Assembly: GCF_963921235.1 (NCBI RefSeq)
Contig: NC_086097.1
Span: 7,626,001-7,690,000 of the forward strand
Source: Mobula hypostoma
Taxonomy: Eukaryota
Direction of reading: 5' to 3'
Length of the DNA stretch: 64,000 nucleotides
Position numbers and translations under genes: made by a program
In this document: positions 37,690 to 50,425 of the stretch, piece after piece
Layout of the letters: every line of letters begins with the position of its first letter
How positions within the stretch are numbered: the first letter of the stretch is position 1
Notes under the pieces: model-generated
Seen by the model: only the letters and a program-made list of their open reading frames with translations
What the model was told of the DNA's origin: nothing
The model's database searches: none

Positions 37690-39139
37690 TTATTTAGCAA
37701 TACAGTAGTGAGTGCACCCCTCCAGCCTTTTGAGCCAGACTGTCCCAGCGACCCCGACTAACTCTAGCGCAACCACAGGACAATGTACACTGACCAATTA
37801 ATCTTTGCACTGTGGGAGGAAACCTGAGCACCTGGGGAAAACCCAGGTGTTCCACAGGGAGGATGTAGAGAGACTCCTGACAGAACTGAACTCTGAACTC
37901 CAGAACACCCCCCAAACTGACAAGGTCCCACACAGGAGATTAGTGTGCAAACTTAAAGCACACGGTATTGGGGGTAAGATATTGATGTGGATGGAGAATT
38001 GGTTAGCAGACAGGAGGCAAAGAGTGGGAATAAACGGGACCTTTTCAGAATGGCAGGTGGTGACTAGTGGGGTACCGCAAGGCTCAGTGCTGGGACCCCA
38101 GTTGTTTACAATATATATTAATGACTTGGATGAGGGAATTAAATGCAGCATCTCCAAGTTTGCAGATGACACGAAGCTGGGTGGCAGTGTTAGCTGTGAG
38201 GAGGATGCTAAGAGGATGCAGGGTGACTTGGATAGGTTAGGTGAGTGGGCAAATTCATGGCAGATGCAATTTAATGTGGATAAATGTGAAGTTATCCACT
38301 TTGGTGGCAAAAATAGGAAAACAGATTATTATCTGAATGGTGGCCGATTAGGAAAAGGGGAGGTGCAACGAGATCTGGGTGTCATTATATACCAGTCATT
38401 GGAAGTGGGCATGCAGGTACAGCAGGCGGTGAAAAAGGCGAATGGTATGCTGGCATTTATAGCGAGAGGATTCGAGTACAGGAGCAGGGAGGTACTACTG
38501 CAGTTGTACAAGGCCTTGGTGAGACCACACCTGGAGTATTGTGTGCAGTTTTGGTCCCCTAATCTGAGGAAAGACATCCTTGCCATAGAGGGAGTACAAA
38601 GAAGGTTCACCAGATTGATTCCTGGGATGGCAGGACTTTCATATGAAGAAAGACTGGATGAACTGGGCTTGTACTCGTTGGAATTTAGAAGATTGAGGGG
38701 GGATCTGATTGAAACGTATAAAATCCTAAAGGGATTGGACAGACTAGATGCAGGAAGATTGTTCCCGATGTTGGGGAAGTCCAGAACAAGGGGTCACAGT
38801 TTGAGGATAAAGGGGAAGCCGTTTAGGACCGAGATTAGGAAAAACTTCTTCACACAGAGAGTGGTGAATCTGTGGAATTCTCTGCCACAGGAAACAGTTG
38901 AGGCCAGTTCATTGGCTATATTTAAGAGGGGGTTAGATATGGCCCTTGTGGCTACGGGGATCAGGGGGTATGGAGGGAAGGCTGGGGCGGGGTTCTGAGT
39001 TGGAAGATCAGCCATGATCATAATAAATGGCGGTGCAGGCTCGAAGGGCCGAATGGCCTACTCCTGCACCTATTTTCTATGTTTCTATGTTTCTAAACTG
39101 TATTAGCTTCGCACTAACTGCTACTCCACAAGGGTGCCC
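37690..39139 (-). mobile_element. HE1-like V-SINE split by a young CR1
   Basis: Body 37690-37919 and head 39095-39139; joined across TSD AAACTG. Confidence 0.8.
37920..39094 (+). mobile_element. Young 5'-truncated CR1 LINE with an uninterrupted RT C-terminal ORF (to 38998)
   Basis: SGVPQGSVLGP, YINDL, KFADDTK and VRPHLEYCVQFWSP with no stops over ~359 codons; (CTATGTTT)n tail; TSD AAACTG at 37914-37919 and 39095-39100. Confidence 0.97.
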
Positions 39140-39584
39140 AAAATGCACCAAGAGAACCATGTGAAGTGAAGGAAATCAGTAGGGCAAAAGACACTCAGTG
39201 TTAAATAGTGTTTCTGATGATCAAGGTCACTCAGTGGTTTTAATTTAATTTTGCCATTTTTAGTCCTTGTGGTTGGATCCGTGGGAACTTTTGTTATAGA
39301 CATAGAAAGCTGTCCCTGCAAATCAGGACATGTTTCACTGACAGTGGGAGAAAGGATACTACTGTTAAAATTGTATTGCCAGACAAAGGTAGATAATGCA
39401 GTGCCTTGCAGATGTATATATTCCCTCAAGAACTAGAGAAATGGAATTTATGTAGGAACACAAGAATGGATAGCAAGTTTTCAGATCAATGTTCATGTAA
39501 TGTCTGACGGCAATACATGCACAGTCAAATAACTGAGGGAGTAATGAAAATAGCTTTGATCTGAACTGTTCCATATTTTTTCAT

Positions 39585-39862
39585 TTTAGAGATACAGCAC
39601 AAAACAGGCCCTTCCAGATTTGGAGAACAAGCTGTTGCTCATGCAGTGGAGGCGTGCCACCCAGCAGCCCCCCTATTTAACCCTAACCCCATCACAGGAC
39701 AATTTACATTGACCAATTAACCTACCAACCAGTAGGTCTTTGGAACATGGGAGGAAACCCACATATTCACAAGCTCTTACCAACAGCACAGAATTGAAAT
39801 CTAAACTCCAATGTCCTAAGCTACAATAGCATTGCACTGACCACCACTCTACTGCAGCACCT
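39585..39862 (-). mobile_element. HE1-like V-SINE
   Basis: Antisense tail, V-domain and head. Confidence 0.7.
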
Positions 39863-40348
39863 TTATTGCAGGGAACCGTTGTCAGCTGACAAGGTCTGGT
39901 TTAGCATAGCGTCAGATTTTTATCACTTAACTCTTAAAAGTAGCTATACATCTATGTGCACTATAATTCATCACAATAATATCCAAGAAAACTAATAACA
40001 TGCCCTTAGAGGAAGGCAAAGCGATGATTTTAACTGCTTTAGATTATACACTGAGGTCACTTCCAATTTGTGAAAGTTGAATCCAGCCTGGTATAGTTAT
40101 CCAATGCTGGTAAATTTTTAGTTACATAACGTCTGATCTTAAATTACTCTCAGCATTATTTGTTAATCACAGATTCTAATCTCAAAAGTGAATTTGTATA
40201 ACGAGCAATTAGTGGAGATCTATAGTGATATGCCTCATCTCCCTTTGGAAGTATTCAAATGCACAATGGCACACTTTAGAAAACATTATGTACATTTAAA
40301 CACACTTAAAGTAACACTACCTCCCAGAAATTATAACCATTGCTACTC

Positions 40349-41220
40349 TGCTATCATCCCTGCTAGTGTTGCTTCCAATCAATTTTGGCCAGATTCCCTC
40401 TCATGCCTCTAATTCCCTTTATTCCATCGTAATACTGGTACGTCTGAATTTAAGTTTCCCCTTCACAAACTGCAGGGTGATTCTGATTATATAATGATCA
40501 CTGACCTTTAAGGGTTTCTTTATCTTAAACTCTCTAATTTCAGTTCATTGCACAGCACCCAGTCAGGACAGATGATCCACTAGTGGGCTCAACCATGAGC
40601 AGCTCCAAAAAGCCAGCTCATAGTATTTTAGAAATTCTCCCTTTTGGGATCCGGCACGAACCTGATTTTCCCAATCTAACTGCATATTGAAATACCCCAT
40701 GACTATCCTAACATTTCCCTTTTGACATACAATTTCTATCTCCCATTGTAATTTGTAGACCACACATTTACTACTGTTTGAGGTTCTGTATACAACTCCA
40801 GTCAGGGTCTTTTTACCCTTGCAGTTCCTTAGCTCCACCGTCAATGATTCAACACTAATTTAATTTCTTTCTTTCTTTTTTTTTTACTAACAGAGCCGTG
40901 CCACCCCTCTGCATACCCACCCGTCCTTTTGATACAATGTATATCCTTGGACATTAAGGTCCCAGCTATAATCTTCTTTCAGCCATGATTCTGTGAAGTA
41001 CACATTTCAATCTATAACAATGCTACAAGTTCATTGACCTTATTCCATAAACTCCATGCATTCAAATATAACACCTTCAGTCTTATACTCACCCATTTTA
41101 TTTTTGTCCTCCTTTTACATTGCAACACATCAAATTCACTGCAATTTTACTCTATCATCAGCCTCTCCTTGATAGCAGTCTCACTACATACTAGCCCTAT
41201 TTGTAAACCAACTGCCTAAT
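40349..41220 (-). mobile_element. CR1 ORF2 endonuclease region, degraded
   Basis: VELRNCKGKKTLTGVVYR...IVMGYFNMQLDW. Confidence 0.85.
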
Positions 41221-41280
41221 CGTCAGCATTATCACTTAATCATCAGCACTGTCACTCTGGTTTCCATCCTGCTGCCAGAT

Positions 41281-42201
41281 TAGTTTAAACCCCCCTGAAT
41301 AGCTCTGGCAAACTTACCTGCAAGAATATAGGTCCCCCTCTGACTCAGGAGTAACCTGTCCCTTTTGTACAAGTCATACCTTCCCAAGAAAAGATCACAT
41401 TGATTGAGAAACCTGAACCCTTGCTCCCTACACCAGTTCCTCAGCCATGCATTCTTCTGCCAAATCATCCTATTCTTACCCCTCACTGGCATGTGGCATG
41501 GGCAGGAATCCAAAGCACACTACCATAGATATTCTGCTTTTCAGCTTTCTACCTAGCTCGCTAAAATCGCTCTTCAGGACCTCCTCACCTTTCCTACCCA
41601 TGTCATTGGTGCCAATATGTACCAAAGCTTCTGAATGTTTACCCTCACCCTTCAAAATGCCATGGACCCGATCCAAGACATTTCTGACCCTAGCGTTGGG
41701 GAAGCAACGTGATCCGCTGTCTCTGTTGTACCCACAGAATCTCAACTCCATTTCTCTAACTATGGAATCTCCTATCACCACCGCAGTCGTCTTCACCTCT
41801 GTTCTCTTCTGAGCCACAGCAGCAGGCTCAGTGCCAGAAATCTGGTCACTGCGGCTCCCCTCTGGTAGGTCGTCCCACTCAAGAGTAACCAAAGTGGTAT
41901 ACTTATTATTGAGGGGAACCACCACAGAGGTACTCTGCACTGAATGCCCCCTTTCCTTCCTTCTCCTAACAGTCACCCAGTTACCTTCCTCCTGAACCAA
42001 GGGCTGACTACCTGCCTGTACTCTGACCCATTACATCCTTTGTCTCCCATAGGAGTCAAAGGTCATCAAGTTGCAGCTCCAGCTCCAATACAATCTCTGA
42101 GGGCTCGGTGCACCTGGTGCAGATGTAGTTATCGAGCGGCTTGGAGGTCTCCCAGAATTCCCACATCTCCACACAGAACAAAACACAGCCCCTGGGGCCA
42201 T
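41281..42201 (-). pseudogene. CR1 ORF1p (Zn-finger/leucine zipper plus SGNH esterase-like domain), frameshifted
   Basis: MAPGAVFC..MWEFWE...YICTRC...ELELQLDDL; AVVIGDSIVR, RCFPNARV, VHIGTNDMG, NAWLRNWCREQGFRF, LYKRDRL. Confidence 0.9.
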
Positions 42202-42624
42202 TCTCCCTGCACTAACTGTGCCCTAACAGATCAGGAATGAAGAATAAAGAAGAAAAAGACAAGCTTACCATATACTTAGCTCGTCAGAGCCTGAGAGCCA
42301 AAATCACTCCAACACTGGCACACTCATAACAATATCCACTCCCTTGTGCCTGCCTTATTTTTATTTGCCCTGTTTAATGAATCCTGCTCAGTGATTGGTC
42401 AGAGACCAACTTTGAAAAATGCCTTTTTAATCTTGAGTGCAAACTGAATGAAAACATAGCTCTTTTCCTGTGCTCTCACTCTGTGATTGGTTGCAGTTCA
42501 ACTCAGCATATGCAATTCGGATAAGAAGTATACACCACTAAACTTAAATAAGAGCCCAACCCAGAAAAGTGAAGAAATTGTCACTAAAAAGAGAGAGTTA
42601 ATTGATGAAAGGGCATGATCCAGC

Positions 42625-43260
42625 ATTGAAGACATCCCCATAATCTGAGCAGACTGGATGTCAACAAGGAAGCATCAAACGCCTGGCTCCAAGTTGGAGA
42701 CCACCTCCTGAAACAGAGGGTTTCCTTGTGGCAATACAGGACCAGGTGGTTAATAAAAATAATTATCAAAAACACATAACTAAAGACCAACAAATTCAAG
42801 ACAATAAATGCAGAAAATACCAAGATAATCCAGAAACAATCCAAAATGTTACAGGATCCTGAAGCAGGTTAAATCAATCTGATTACTTACACAGGCATAA
42901 TCAAGTGGCAAACATCACTCATCAAAATCTTGCTTTAAACTGCAAACTCATAAAAAACACTGTAACTTACTATAAATACAAGGCTGATCCAGTTTTAGGG
43001 TTCGAGTCCTATAAACTATATTACGACTGATCCATTATTACATATAGGACAGTCCATAATAACTGTCTGGATATAATATTACGGGATAAACAAGCACTAT
43101 CACCTTACTTACTAGATATAGCCATTCCAAACACACAGAAATCAATACTGTAAGTAAAAACCACCAGAATATGCTGAATTAAAATAATAAATTGAAAGAC
43201 TATGGGACATGAATATGGTATAAATTGCCCCAATAGTAATACCTACAACTGGTATCACCC
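42625..43260 (+). mobile_element. R4/Dong-clade non-LTR retrotransposon C-terminus (CCHC zinc knuckle plus restriction-like endonuclease), degraded
   Basis: Translation by eye: PETEGFLVAIQDQV...DNKCRK...ETIQ...YLHRHNQVA...KLYYD*SII..RTVHNN.LDII..DK...LLDIAIP...YAELK...IERLW...PIVI.TTGI. Confidence 0.85.
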
Positions 43261-43457
43261 ATTGTTTGTTAATCACAGATTCTAATCTCAACTGTGAATT
43301 TATAATTAATGAACAATTAGTGGAGATATGGCTTATCTCCCTTTGGAAGCTTTCAAATTATTCAAATTTGAAATATTTAATTTAGTTTCCACTAACTAAA
43401 ATTTGTCAGATGATAAACAATTCTTAGTTAATAACTTTGAAATATAATGAGTAAACC

Positions 43458-43990
43458 CTTCTCAGGCTTCCAGTCGGGTATAGATATCGATTTTAACTGA
43501 TAATTTGATGACAAATTCTAAATTCTTCACCAGGAATGATACCTGGGCATGCCTAGTCCAATGGTATATATGCTCCTATCGTCAGTCCCATCTGATTGGT
43601 TAGACCTCATCCAATCAGGTTTCTGCTGCCCCACCTTGTTTACAATCAAATTCCAGTTGTTACTCAGAGTGTGACCTTTGTATTTGTTAAAATTCTTTCC
43701 TCTTGTTTTATTTTAATGACTTCCTTTACCAGGTGGTCTGAAAAGCCACTGGTGCAGCACGGTAGTGTTGTGCTGTCGCAGCCAATACCATGGCTGTCGC
43801 GACAGCGGAAACCTGATTGGATGAGGACTAACCAATCAGGAGGGACAGACTACAAGAACTGGACATGCCCGGGCATCTTCCTTGATGAAGGTGGCAGAGC
43901 TTGCCATTAAAACACCAGTCAAAATCAATACCTGTACCCTGCTGGAAGCCCAACAAGTTTATTCGTCAAATAAGTTGGGAAAGTACTAGA
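43458..43990. mobile_element. Second PLE family (Penelope/Poseidon-like): inverted pLTR pair around a GIY-YIG C-terminus
   Basis: Inverted arms ~43465-43625 and ~43807-43950. Minus strand reads HLVKEVIKIK..., then NFNK..G.TLSNNWN. Degraded hammerhead TTGATGAAGGTGGCAGAGCTTGCCATTAAAAC at ~43882-43913. Confidence 0.75.
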
Positions 43991-44139
43991 ACCTTAATTT
44001 AAATTTGAAATGCAATGTTTTAATAGTCAGCAATAAGTATCAAGTGGATACTTATGAACATTTTGTCACATCAATGCAAATATTATATGAAATATAATCG
44101 AGGTTAGATGCCTCAATTGGAATTGGACACAGCGATGCA

Positions 44140-45140
44140 GTTACAGAGAAGGCACAACAGTGGCTTTATTTCATTAGAAGTTTGAGGAGATTCGGAATGT
44201 CACCGAAAACACTCGCGAGTTTCTACAGGTGTACCGTGAAGATCATTCAGGCTGGCTGCATCACCATCTAGTATGGGTGTTGGGAGGGGACTGCACAGTT
44301 CTTACCAATTGGCATAGAGGGATCAGCAGTGGAGAGAGTGGGCAGCTTCAAGTTCCTGGGTGTCAAGATCTCTGAGGATTTAACCTGGTCTCAACATATC
44401 AATGTAGTTATAAAGAAGGCAAGACAGTGGCTACACTTCATTAGGAGTTTGAGGCGAATTGGCATGTCAACAGATACACTCAAAACTTCTATAGTTGTAC
44501 CATGGAGAGCATTCTGACAGGCTGCATCACTGTCTGGTATGGAGGGGCTACTGCACAAGACCGAGAGAAGCTGCAGAAGGTTGTAAATCTATTCAGCTCC
44601 ATCTTGGGTACTAGCCTACAAAGTACTCAGGACACCTTCAGGGAGCGGTGTCTCAGAAAGGCAGCGTCCATTATTAAGAACCTTCAGCACCCAGGGCATG
44701 CCCTTTTCCTTGCTGTTACCATCAGGTAGGAGGTACAGAAGCCTGAAGGCACACACTCAGCGATTCAGGAACAGCTTCTTCCCCTCTGTCATCTGATTCT
44801 TAAATGGACATTGAATCTTTGGACACTACCTCACTTTTTTTTTAATATACAGTATTTCTGTTTTTGCATGTTTTTAATCTATTCAATATACATATACTAT
44901 AATTGATTTACTTGTTTATTTATTTATTTTTTTCTCTGCTATATTATGTATTGCATTTAACTGCTACTGCTAAGTTAACAAATTTCACATCACATGCTGG
45001 TGATAATAAATCTGATTCTGATTATATAGTTCTTACCATAATTTACAGTTTTTACTGTTACATATCGCAATGCAGTACTACTGCATAACAACAAATTTCA
45101 TGACATATGCCGGAGATATTAAACCTGATTCAGATTCTGA
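44140..45140 (+). mobile_element. Rex1/Babar 3' end (44308-45022) nested in another Rex1/Babar remnant
   Basis: VERVGSFKFLGVKISEDLTW...ESILTGCITVWYG...; AGTTCTTACCA duplicated at 44297 and 45028. Confidence 0.85.
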
Positions 45141-45704
45141 TCTGGTTGATGTCAGACAGACAGTTTCATAAAAATGAGGTTCCTAGACTCCAACATGTTA
45201 ACCAGATGGTGAGACTCAGATGATTCCTTGATGAGGTGTGGGCTTGAGGATTTCATCTGATGCCCTTGATAAATGTACAGGTACTGATCATGGTTTTAAT
45301 TCTAATATTCTCAGGCTCAACAGAATCAGCTTATAAAAGAAGGTTGCTGTCTAAGCAGCATTATCCAGAGTAATCAATTGAGAGCATTATAATATGTCAT
45401 CTATCATCTGTTCAAAATTGTGAAGGACCTCACATACCACATCTATGCAGGTTATCAAGATGAGTTATATATAAATTGCCAATCATATTCACAATGTGGA
45501 CAGAAGCAAAGATGCCTAAAATGCAAATGTCAAAATAAGAGATGGGCACAATAAATTAGTGGAATATGCCTTTGCATTGTGAAACCTGACACAATACTAA
45601 ATATAGTAAAGAGCAGGAGTCCCTCAATACTACCTTCTGGAACTACAAATTATTATTTTTCTAATTTCAGTAGACATATGTTATCCATACTCTCTATCTT
45701 CTCA

Positions 45705-46108
45705 AGATTTAAGATTTCCAGTACACAAGCGTAAAGGAGAACAAAATAATTGTTACTCTGGATCTGATTATCAAAAAAAAACACAGTAAGATAAAGAATA
45801 CAATAATAAAAAGCACAATAATTATAAGCAGATAAAATAGTTTATATACATTAATTAGTTGTATGTCCATAAAGTGACACTGGGCATAGGAGTGTTTGTA
45901 CATAAGGTGACTCTGACAGGAAATGATAAAGTAGTTGGGGTTGTGGGGGGGGTGGTATTGTTGAGATGGGTGGGTCACTGGGTAAAGATGTTGATCAGAC
46001 TCGCTACCTGGGACAAGTAGCTGTTTTTTTTTGAGTCTGATGGCCCTGGTGTGGATGCTATGTAGCCTCCTCCCTGATGGGAGTGGGTACAAACAGTCCA
46101 TGAGCAGG
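45705..46108 (-). mobile_element. Rex1/Babar 3' end
   Basis: PLPSGRRLHSIHTRAIRLK. Confidence 0.8.
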
Positions 46109-46444
46109 GAAAGAGCAAACCAGTTTTGTCCTTCTTAATACTTTTCTTTCAATGATATGGACTTTAATTTTTAAGCTAGTAGTCCCTTATGTGGTACATA
46201 TTTGATTACTTTTTCAAGTCTGCAAATGATCCACCCATAAATATTCCCCTGCTCACTACTTTAGTTGGTTCCATAGACAGTTCAATAGATAAGATCGATC
46301 TTATCTTCATATGAACCACATACATTTGGCAACAGCTATACAGTTGCTTTATCTTAATGAACAGTCGCTGCATGAGATTTACTCTTCACTTCAAGCACTT
46401 CATTCACTTATGGGTTGTAGACATTAAAGGCAAGACAAAAAGGA

Positions 46445-46710
46445 AGCGTAGCAGTTAGCGTGACGCTATTACAGCTTGGAGTTCAATATCAGCACATCTG
46501 TAAAGACTTTGTACACTCTCCGCATGACCACCTGGGTCTCCTCTAGGTGCTTTGGTTTCCTCCACATCCCAAAGAACTACCATTTAGTAGGTTAATTGGT
46601 CATTCTAAATTGTCCTGTGATTAGGGTTGTGTTAAATAGGTGAGTTGCTGGATAGCATGGCTCTTTGGGCTGGAAGGGCTTGTTCCACAGTATATCCATC
46701 AATCAATAAA
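46445..46710 (+). mobile_element. HE1-like V-SINE
   Basis: Head, V-domain and tail. Confidence 0.75.
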
Positions 46711-47129
46711 TCGACAGATGGATAGATACCCGTCTGTCTTTAGACTTGGAAAGGTTCTGAGGAGCAACATTCTTTTGGCCACTGCAGCTCATCAGGGTAA
46801 GAATAACAGTCTATTTCTGGGGAGACAAGGTAGAATATAATTTGGAGCACTTCGAACTAGTAGTGACTCTCTTGTGTACTTCCTGATCTTGAAATTGTAC
46901 ATGGTGAAAACTGGGCAATTTGTGAGTTGAAATCCAGATGATTTAATGGAATTGGAATCACTGCCTTTCCAGTATTCTCCATCAACATCATACAAAACGG
47001 TTTGTCCAGAGGATTTGAATGGCCTGTTGCATTAATAACTAGAGAGGAGATAAGGATAACTGCCACTGGAGTTAACTGTTGGCTTTCTGTTTATTACAGC
47101 CATGAGATAGTTATTATTTGTTTAGTTTT

Positions 47130-47350
47130 ACTTTATTGGGAAATACAACATAGTAATTGTCCTTTCTGAACCAACGAGCCCACACGATCCAATTAAACCC
47201 ATGTGACCAATTAACCTACTAACCCATACGTCCAGCAGCTGGAGGAAACTCACACAGTCACGGAGAGAACGTGTAAGCTCCTTACAGGTAGCATCGGAAA
47301 TTAAAGCCAGATCACTGACACTGAAATAGCATTACGCTACCATGCCACCC
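47130..47350 (-). mobile_element. HE1-like V-SINE
   Basis: Antisense head ending CATGCCACCC. Confidence 0.7.
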
Positions 47351-47597
47351 TTGCATCCCAAATATCTAAACTTGGCAGACAACTTATCATTCTGACCTAA
47401 CCTCAAAATTTGCTGCTGATCTCTTTAAAGTTATGCACAAGCATGTCTCTCCTAAACACGAAACTCTGTAAGCAGTGCTCAGCATGAGGTTATGTCAGAC
47501 TGACGTATTCGCTTACTGATAACTACCGATGAAACTCCAAACCAATTTTTTTTTAATTGATAGAGCAAAGCTGGAACTCTGAATAGTCCTTTATTCA

Positions 47598-47895
47598 GTG
47601 GGTTGGCAGCACAGTGGCCTAGTGGTCATCAAAGCACTTTACAGTACCAGCAACCTAGGTTCATTTTCCGCTGCTGTCAGTAAGGAGTCTGTATGTTCTC
47701 CTCAGGACCGCATGGGTTTCCTCCAGACGCTCCAGTTTCCTCCCACAGTCCAAAGACATACTGGTTGGTATGTTAATTGGTCATTGTAAATTGTTCTGTA
47801 ATTAAACTAGCATTAAATTAGGCAATTGGGGGGTGGTGCCGCTCAGAAGGCCAGAGACCCTATTCTGCACTGTATGTCAATGACAATAAATAAAA
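47598..47895 (+). mobile_element. HE1-like V-SINE
   Basis: GGGTTTCCTCCAGACGCTCCAGTTTCCTCCCACAGTCCAAAG V-domain. Confidence 0.8.
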
Positions 47896-47983
47896 TCCAT
47901 TCAGTCAAAAAATCAACAGTGCAACCAGAGCACAACTATTTCAAGGCCACAAACAGTATTTGAGATGTTGTCAGGAACAAAGA

Positions 47984-48062
47984 CCAATCAGTGAAAGTCA
48001 GCCTGTGATTGGTTGACAGTCAACCTATATGCATTGGTTGCTTGTGGCTTCCGTAGCACGTG
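47984..48062. promoter_or_regulatory. Candidate promoter/enhancer: three CCAAT boxes, a palindrome and an E-box
   Basis: CCAAT 47984, ATTGG 48008 and 48033, GGTTGAC-A-GTCAACC 48011-48025, CACGTG 48057-48062; locally more CpGs. Confidence 0.4.
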
Positions 48063-48486
48063 CCACGCCGATAGTGTTTGATGTAGACAGTAACTACTGC
48101 CGCTCCTTAGATCTTCTTGCCGGCTTCACTCTGCTTTAACTTACCCACAAAGTGATGGAGTGTGGTGAAAACAGCACACGTTAACAACCATTAGCAGACA
48201 GTCCAGCAGTGGCCTAATGTCGTGAGATCCTGGCTCAACTTCAAGATTCATTTTCTTTTAGGAATCAGAAATCAAGGAATAAAGGTTGTTAACTGTCATT
48301 TCAGGAACATAAGCGTAAAGGAGAACAAAATAATTGCTACTTGGAACCAATGCAGCACAAAAAAAAACACACAAAAAGATAAAGAAGACAATAATAAAAA
48401 ACACAATAAAACAAATAAAAATATGGGATAGCTTATCTACATAGATTGATTGTATGTCCATAAAATTACCCTTTCCTTTAACGCAT

Positions 48487-48857
48487 GAGTTGGGCAGATG
48501 AATCTCTTCAGCTATGGTTGGCAGCACACCTAGGAGAAAGAAAACTCTGATCTCAAACCTCCACTGCCTTGTGACTATCCCACTCATGAGGAAGGCTTCA
48601 GGAATAAACCTTGAGGAAAAATCTGGAGCTAGATTCTCCGAGGCAGTCCTACATTGAGTTCGATACTGACTGGCAATTCCTGCGACGCCGCTGGTACCAA
48701 ACTGCAATGGTCTCTGCCGTTCCTTTGGATTCATCAGCTGTGTGGGTGCATAGACAACCGCTTACTCTCCACATTGTAGCGCCCTGGCTTCGTTCTGGCT
48801 GGTGTATACAGCTAGGTGCAACATCTCTGGTTGAACCTGACCAACAGAGGCATCTGA
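48487..48857 (+). mobile_element. Non-coding RTE-type element (family of 60000-60689), 3' half
   Basis: AAAACTCTGATCTCAAACCTCC...GGCAGTCCTACATTGAG shared with 60380-60500. Confidence 0.8.
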
Positions 48858-50062
48858 GTGACAGGTGGGGTAAGAATTGTTACTTCTGTAAGAGTTAGTC
48901 TTCATAATAAAAACAAGAAACTACTGAATTATTGTAAAAATACATTCAGATCACAAATAGCCTTCAGGGATTCCAGCCTGGACCACATGCTACTCCAAAA
49001 TAGTTAGCTTTCAACTGCTCGTTAGCTCAGGGGCAATAGGCACAGAGAATAAATGCAAGTATTGTCAGCAACGTTCACATCTGATAACTAAATGTGTTTG
49101 AAACTCCATTCTTCAATACCAGAAGTGACCATGTTTATGGGCATTGACTGGATTGAGAAGGAATTTCTTTAGCCAGTCGACAGTGGATCTGTGGAATTCA
49201 TTGCCACAGATGGCTGTTGAGAACAAGTCCTTGGGTGCATTTAAAAGCAGAGGTTGATAGGCATTTAATTAGAAAGGGTGTCAAAGATTACGGGGAGAAG
49301 GCAGGAGAACGGGGTTGAGAGGGATAATAAATCAGCCATGATGGAATGGCAGAGCAGACTCAATGAGACAAATGACCAAATTTTGTCCCTATGTCCTACG
49401 GTCTAAATCTTAAGAATCTTATTGCGGTACTGAATTGGTAAGGAGTACCTGTTGGTAATGCACACAATTGCTAGCTATCTAACGTTTTGTGCCAGGAGCA
49501 ATTTCTAAGTGCTTGAGAGAATTTATACTCTCTTGGTAACCTCGACTCACACCATAGTACATAAATAGCTTGAAGCATTATCACATAAGTCCTGACCAGG
49601 TGTGCATGAAAGCTCAAAGAATAAAAGCAATTGTGGCACTGTTTCCTTTCAAATTCATTTACAACTTTTTTAGAGATTTTTAAGTCCTTACAATTGCATT
49701 GTTATCAACCTTGGAATAGTGCTTCCTCTGATAGCCCACCAGTAAACACATTTGCATAAAATTCCTTTGTGTGCTATTTTAACCTAACATTAACCTATTT
49801 TGAAGAGAGTCAACAATTGCTGTAAAATCAGAACACAATGAAATTTTATTCAGTTTCTTTAGATAGATAGATAGATAGATATACTTTATTAATCCCGAGG
49901 GAAATTTGGTTTCGTTACAGCCGCACCAACCAAGAATAGAGCATAAGTATAGCAATACGAAAACCATAAACAATCAAACAACAAAATGCAAACTATGTAC
50001 ATTTAACCAATGTACTTCCAGCTGAAATTAAATCTGCAAACGTCCATTCCTTGTAGCATATA

Positions 50063-50425
50063 AGATCATAAAACCACAATATATAGGAGCATAATTAGGC
50101 CATTTGGCCCATTGAGTCTGCTCCACCATTTCAGCATGATTGATCCATTTTCCCTCACAGTTCCAAACTCCTGCCTTCTCTCTGTATCCTTTCATGCTCT
50201 GACTAATCAAGAAACTGTCAAACTCTGCCTTAAATATACCCAATGACTTGGCCTCTATAGCCACCTGAGGCAACAAATTCCACAGATTCACCACTGTCTA
50301 GCTAAATAAATTCCTCCTCATCTCTGTTATAAAAGGACACCCCTGTATTCTGAGGCTGTGTCCTCTGGTCTTAGACTCCTCCACCATTGGAAACATTTTC
50401 TCCACAGCCACTCTGTTGAGACCTC
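50063..50425 (-). mobile_element. CR1 LINE 3' end
   Basis: VVNLWNLLPQVAIEAKSLGIFKAE. Confidence 0.88.

Noticed and set aside
37805..37919. N-terminal 38 aa of the 397-aa ORF as a real protein start
   Set aside because: It is antisense HE1-like SINE sequence in frame by chance with a 5'-truncated CR1; the TSD marks the true junction.
39121..39429. 102-aa minus ORF with a possible acceptor near 39315
   Set aside because: No convincing donor and no recognisable homology; left out of the exon chain.
42380..42500. CCAAT boxes as a host promoter
   Set aside because: They lie directly upstream of CR1 ORF1 on the minus strand and are better explained as the LINE 5'UTR.
44329..44729. ALKBH8-like / DUF1891 host gene
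   Set aside because: These peptides recur many times with LINE tails; they are Rex1/Babar ORF C-termini.
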